DNA of 40,052 nucleotides, from the IMG/VR virus record IMGVR_UViG_2541047786_000001. One strand, written 5' to 3'. Source of the stretch: a virus (Duplodnaviria; Heunggongvirae; Uroviricota; Caudoviricetes). Positions 39,759-40,052 of this stretch are shown piece by piece. The translations under genes and the position numbers were made by a program. Every line of letters starts with the position of its first letter. Position 1 is the first letter of the stretch. The notes below the pieces were generated by a model. The model searched no databases and was not told the origin of the DNA. It worked only from the letters and a program-made list of their open reading frames with translations.

Positions 39759-40052
39759 ATGGATATAAGCCCCTTACTTCATGCGCTTTGTGCTGTGGCT
39801 GCGCAGATACTGGTTGGTCTTTTTACCGGAAACTGGGCTTACGGAGCGATAGCCGGTTGTACGTTCTTCATTGCGCGTGAACATACCCAGGCAGAATATC
39901 GCTGGATTGAAATGTTCGGGCATGGCAAGCGAATGAATATGCCGTGGTGGGGCGGTTTTGATCCGCGAGCTTGGGATGTGGCAAGCCTGATGGATTTTGC
40001 TGTGCCGGTGGTGGCGTGTCTGCTGGTCTGGCTGTTGGTTAATCGTGGGTGA
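39759..40052 (+). CDS. Hypothetical small membrane protein
   Basis: 97-aa ORF with stop TGA at the window edge and GGAGG-like AAAGGAGG upstream. Two to three hydrophobic segments (LLHALCAVAAQILVGLF, FAVPVVACLLVWLLV). Confidence 0.5.
   Translation: MDISPLLHALCAVAAQILVGLFTGNWAYGAIAGCTFFIAREHTQAEYRWIEMFGHGKRMNMPWWGGFDPRAWDVASLMDFAVPVVACLLVWLLVNRG

Overview
This 40 kb window is an internal slice of a lambdoid prophage of the E. coli/Shigella type, read from the integrase end to the tail fibres; neither att site is in the window. The order is int-xis, a short early-left region interrupted by IS911, sieB, N, a two-gene cassette of unknown function between N and cI, cI/cro/cII, O (with ori iterons), P, ren, a DLP12/phage-82-like nin region (ninB, Dam-like methyltransferase, ninE, rusA, ylcG, Q), a reverse-oriented porin moron, a phage-21-type lysis cassette (pinholin, SAR endolysin, Rz/Rz1), bor, cos, and a lambda-like head and tail module (nu1 through J, stf) followed by two small unknown ORFs. 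Protein identifications rest on recall of lambda, DLP12 and phage 21 proteins against the supplied translations; no database search was run. The strongest candidate for an undescribed system is the AT-rich, translationally coupled two-gene operon at 5834-7140, which sits exactly where lambda carries rexAB. Other points of interest are the apparent loss of the exo/bet/gam module next to IS911, a MazG-like/ASCH-like gene pair in the early-left region, and a side tail fibre with a lambda-like N-terminus but a different C-terminus and no recognisable Tfa.
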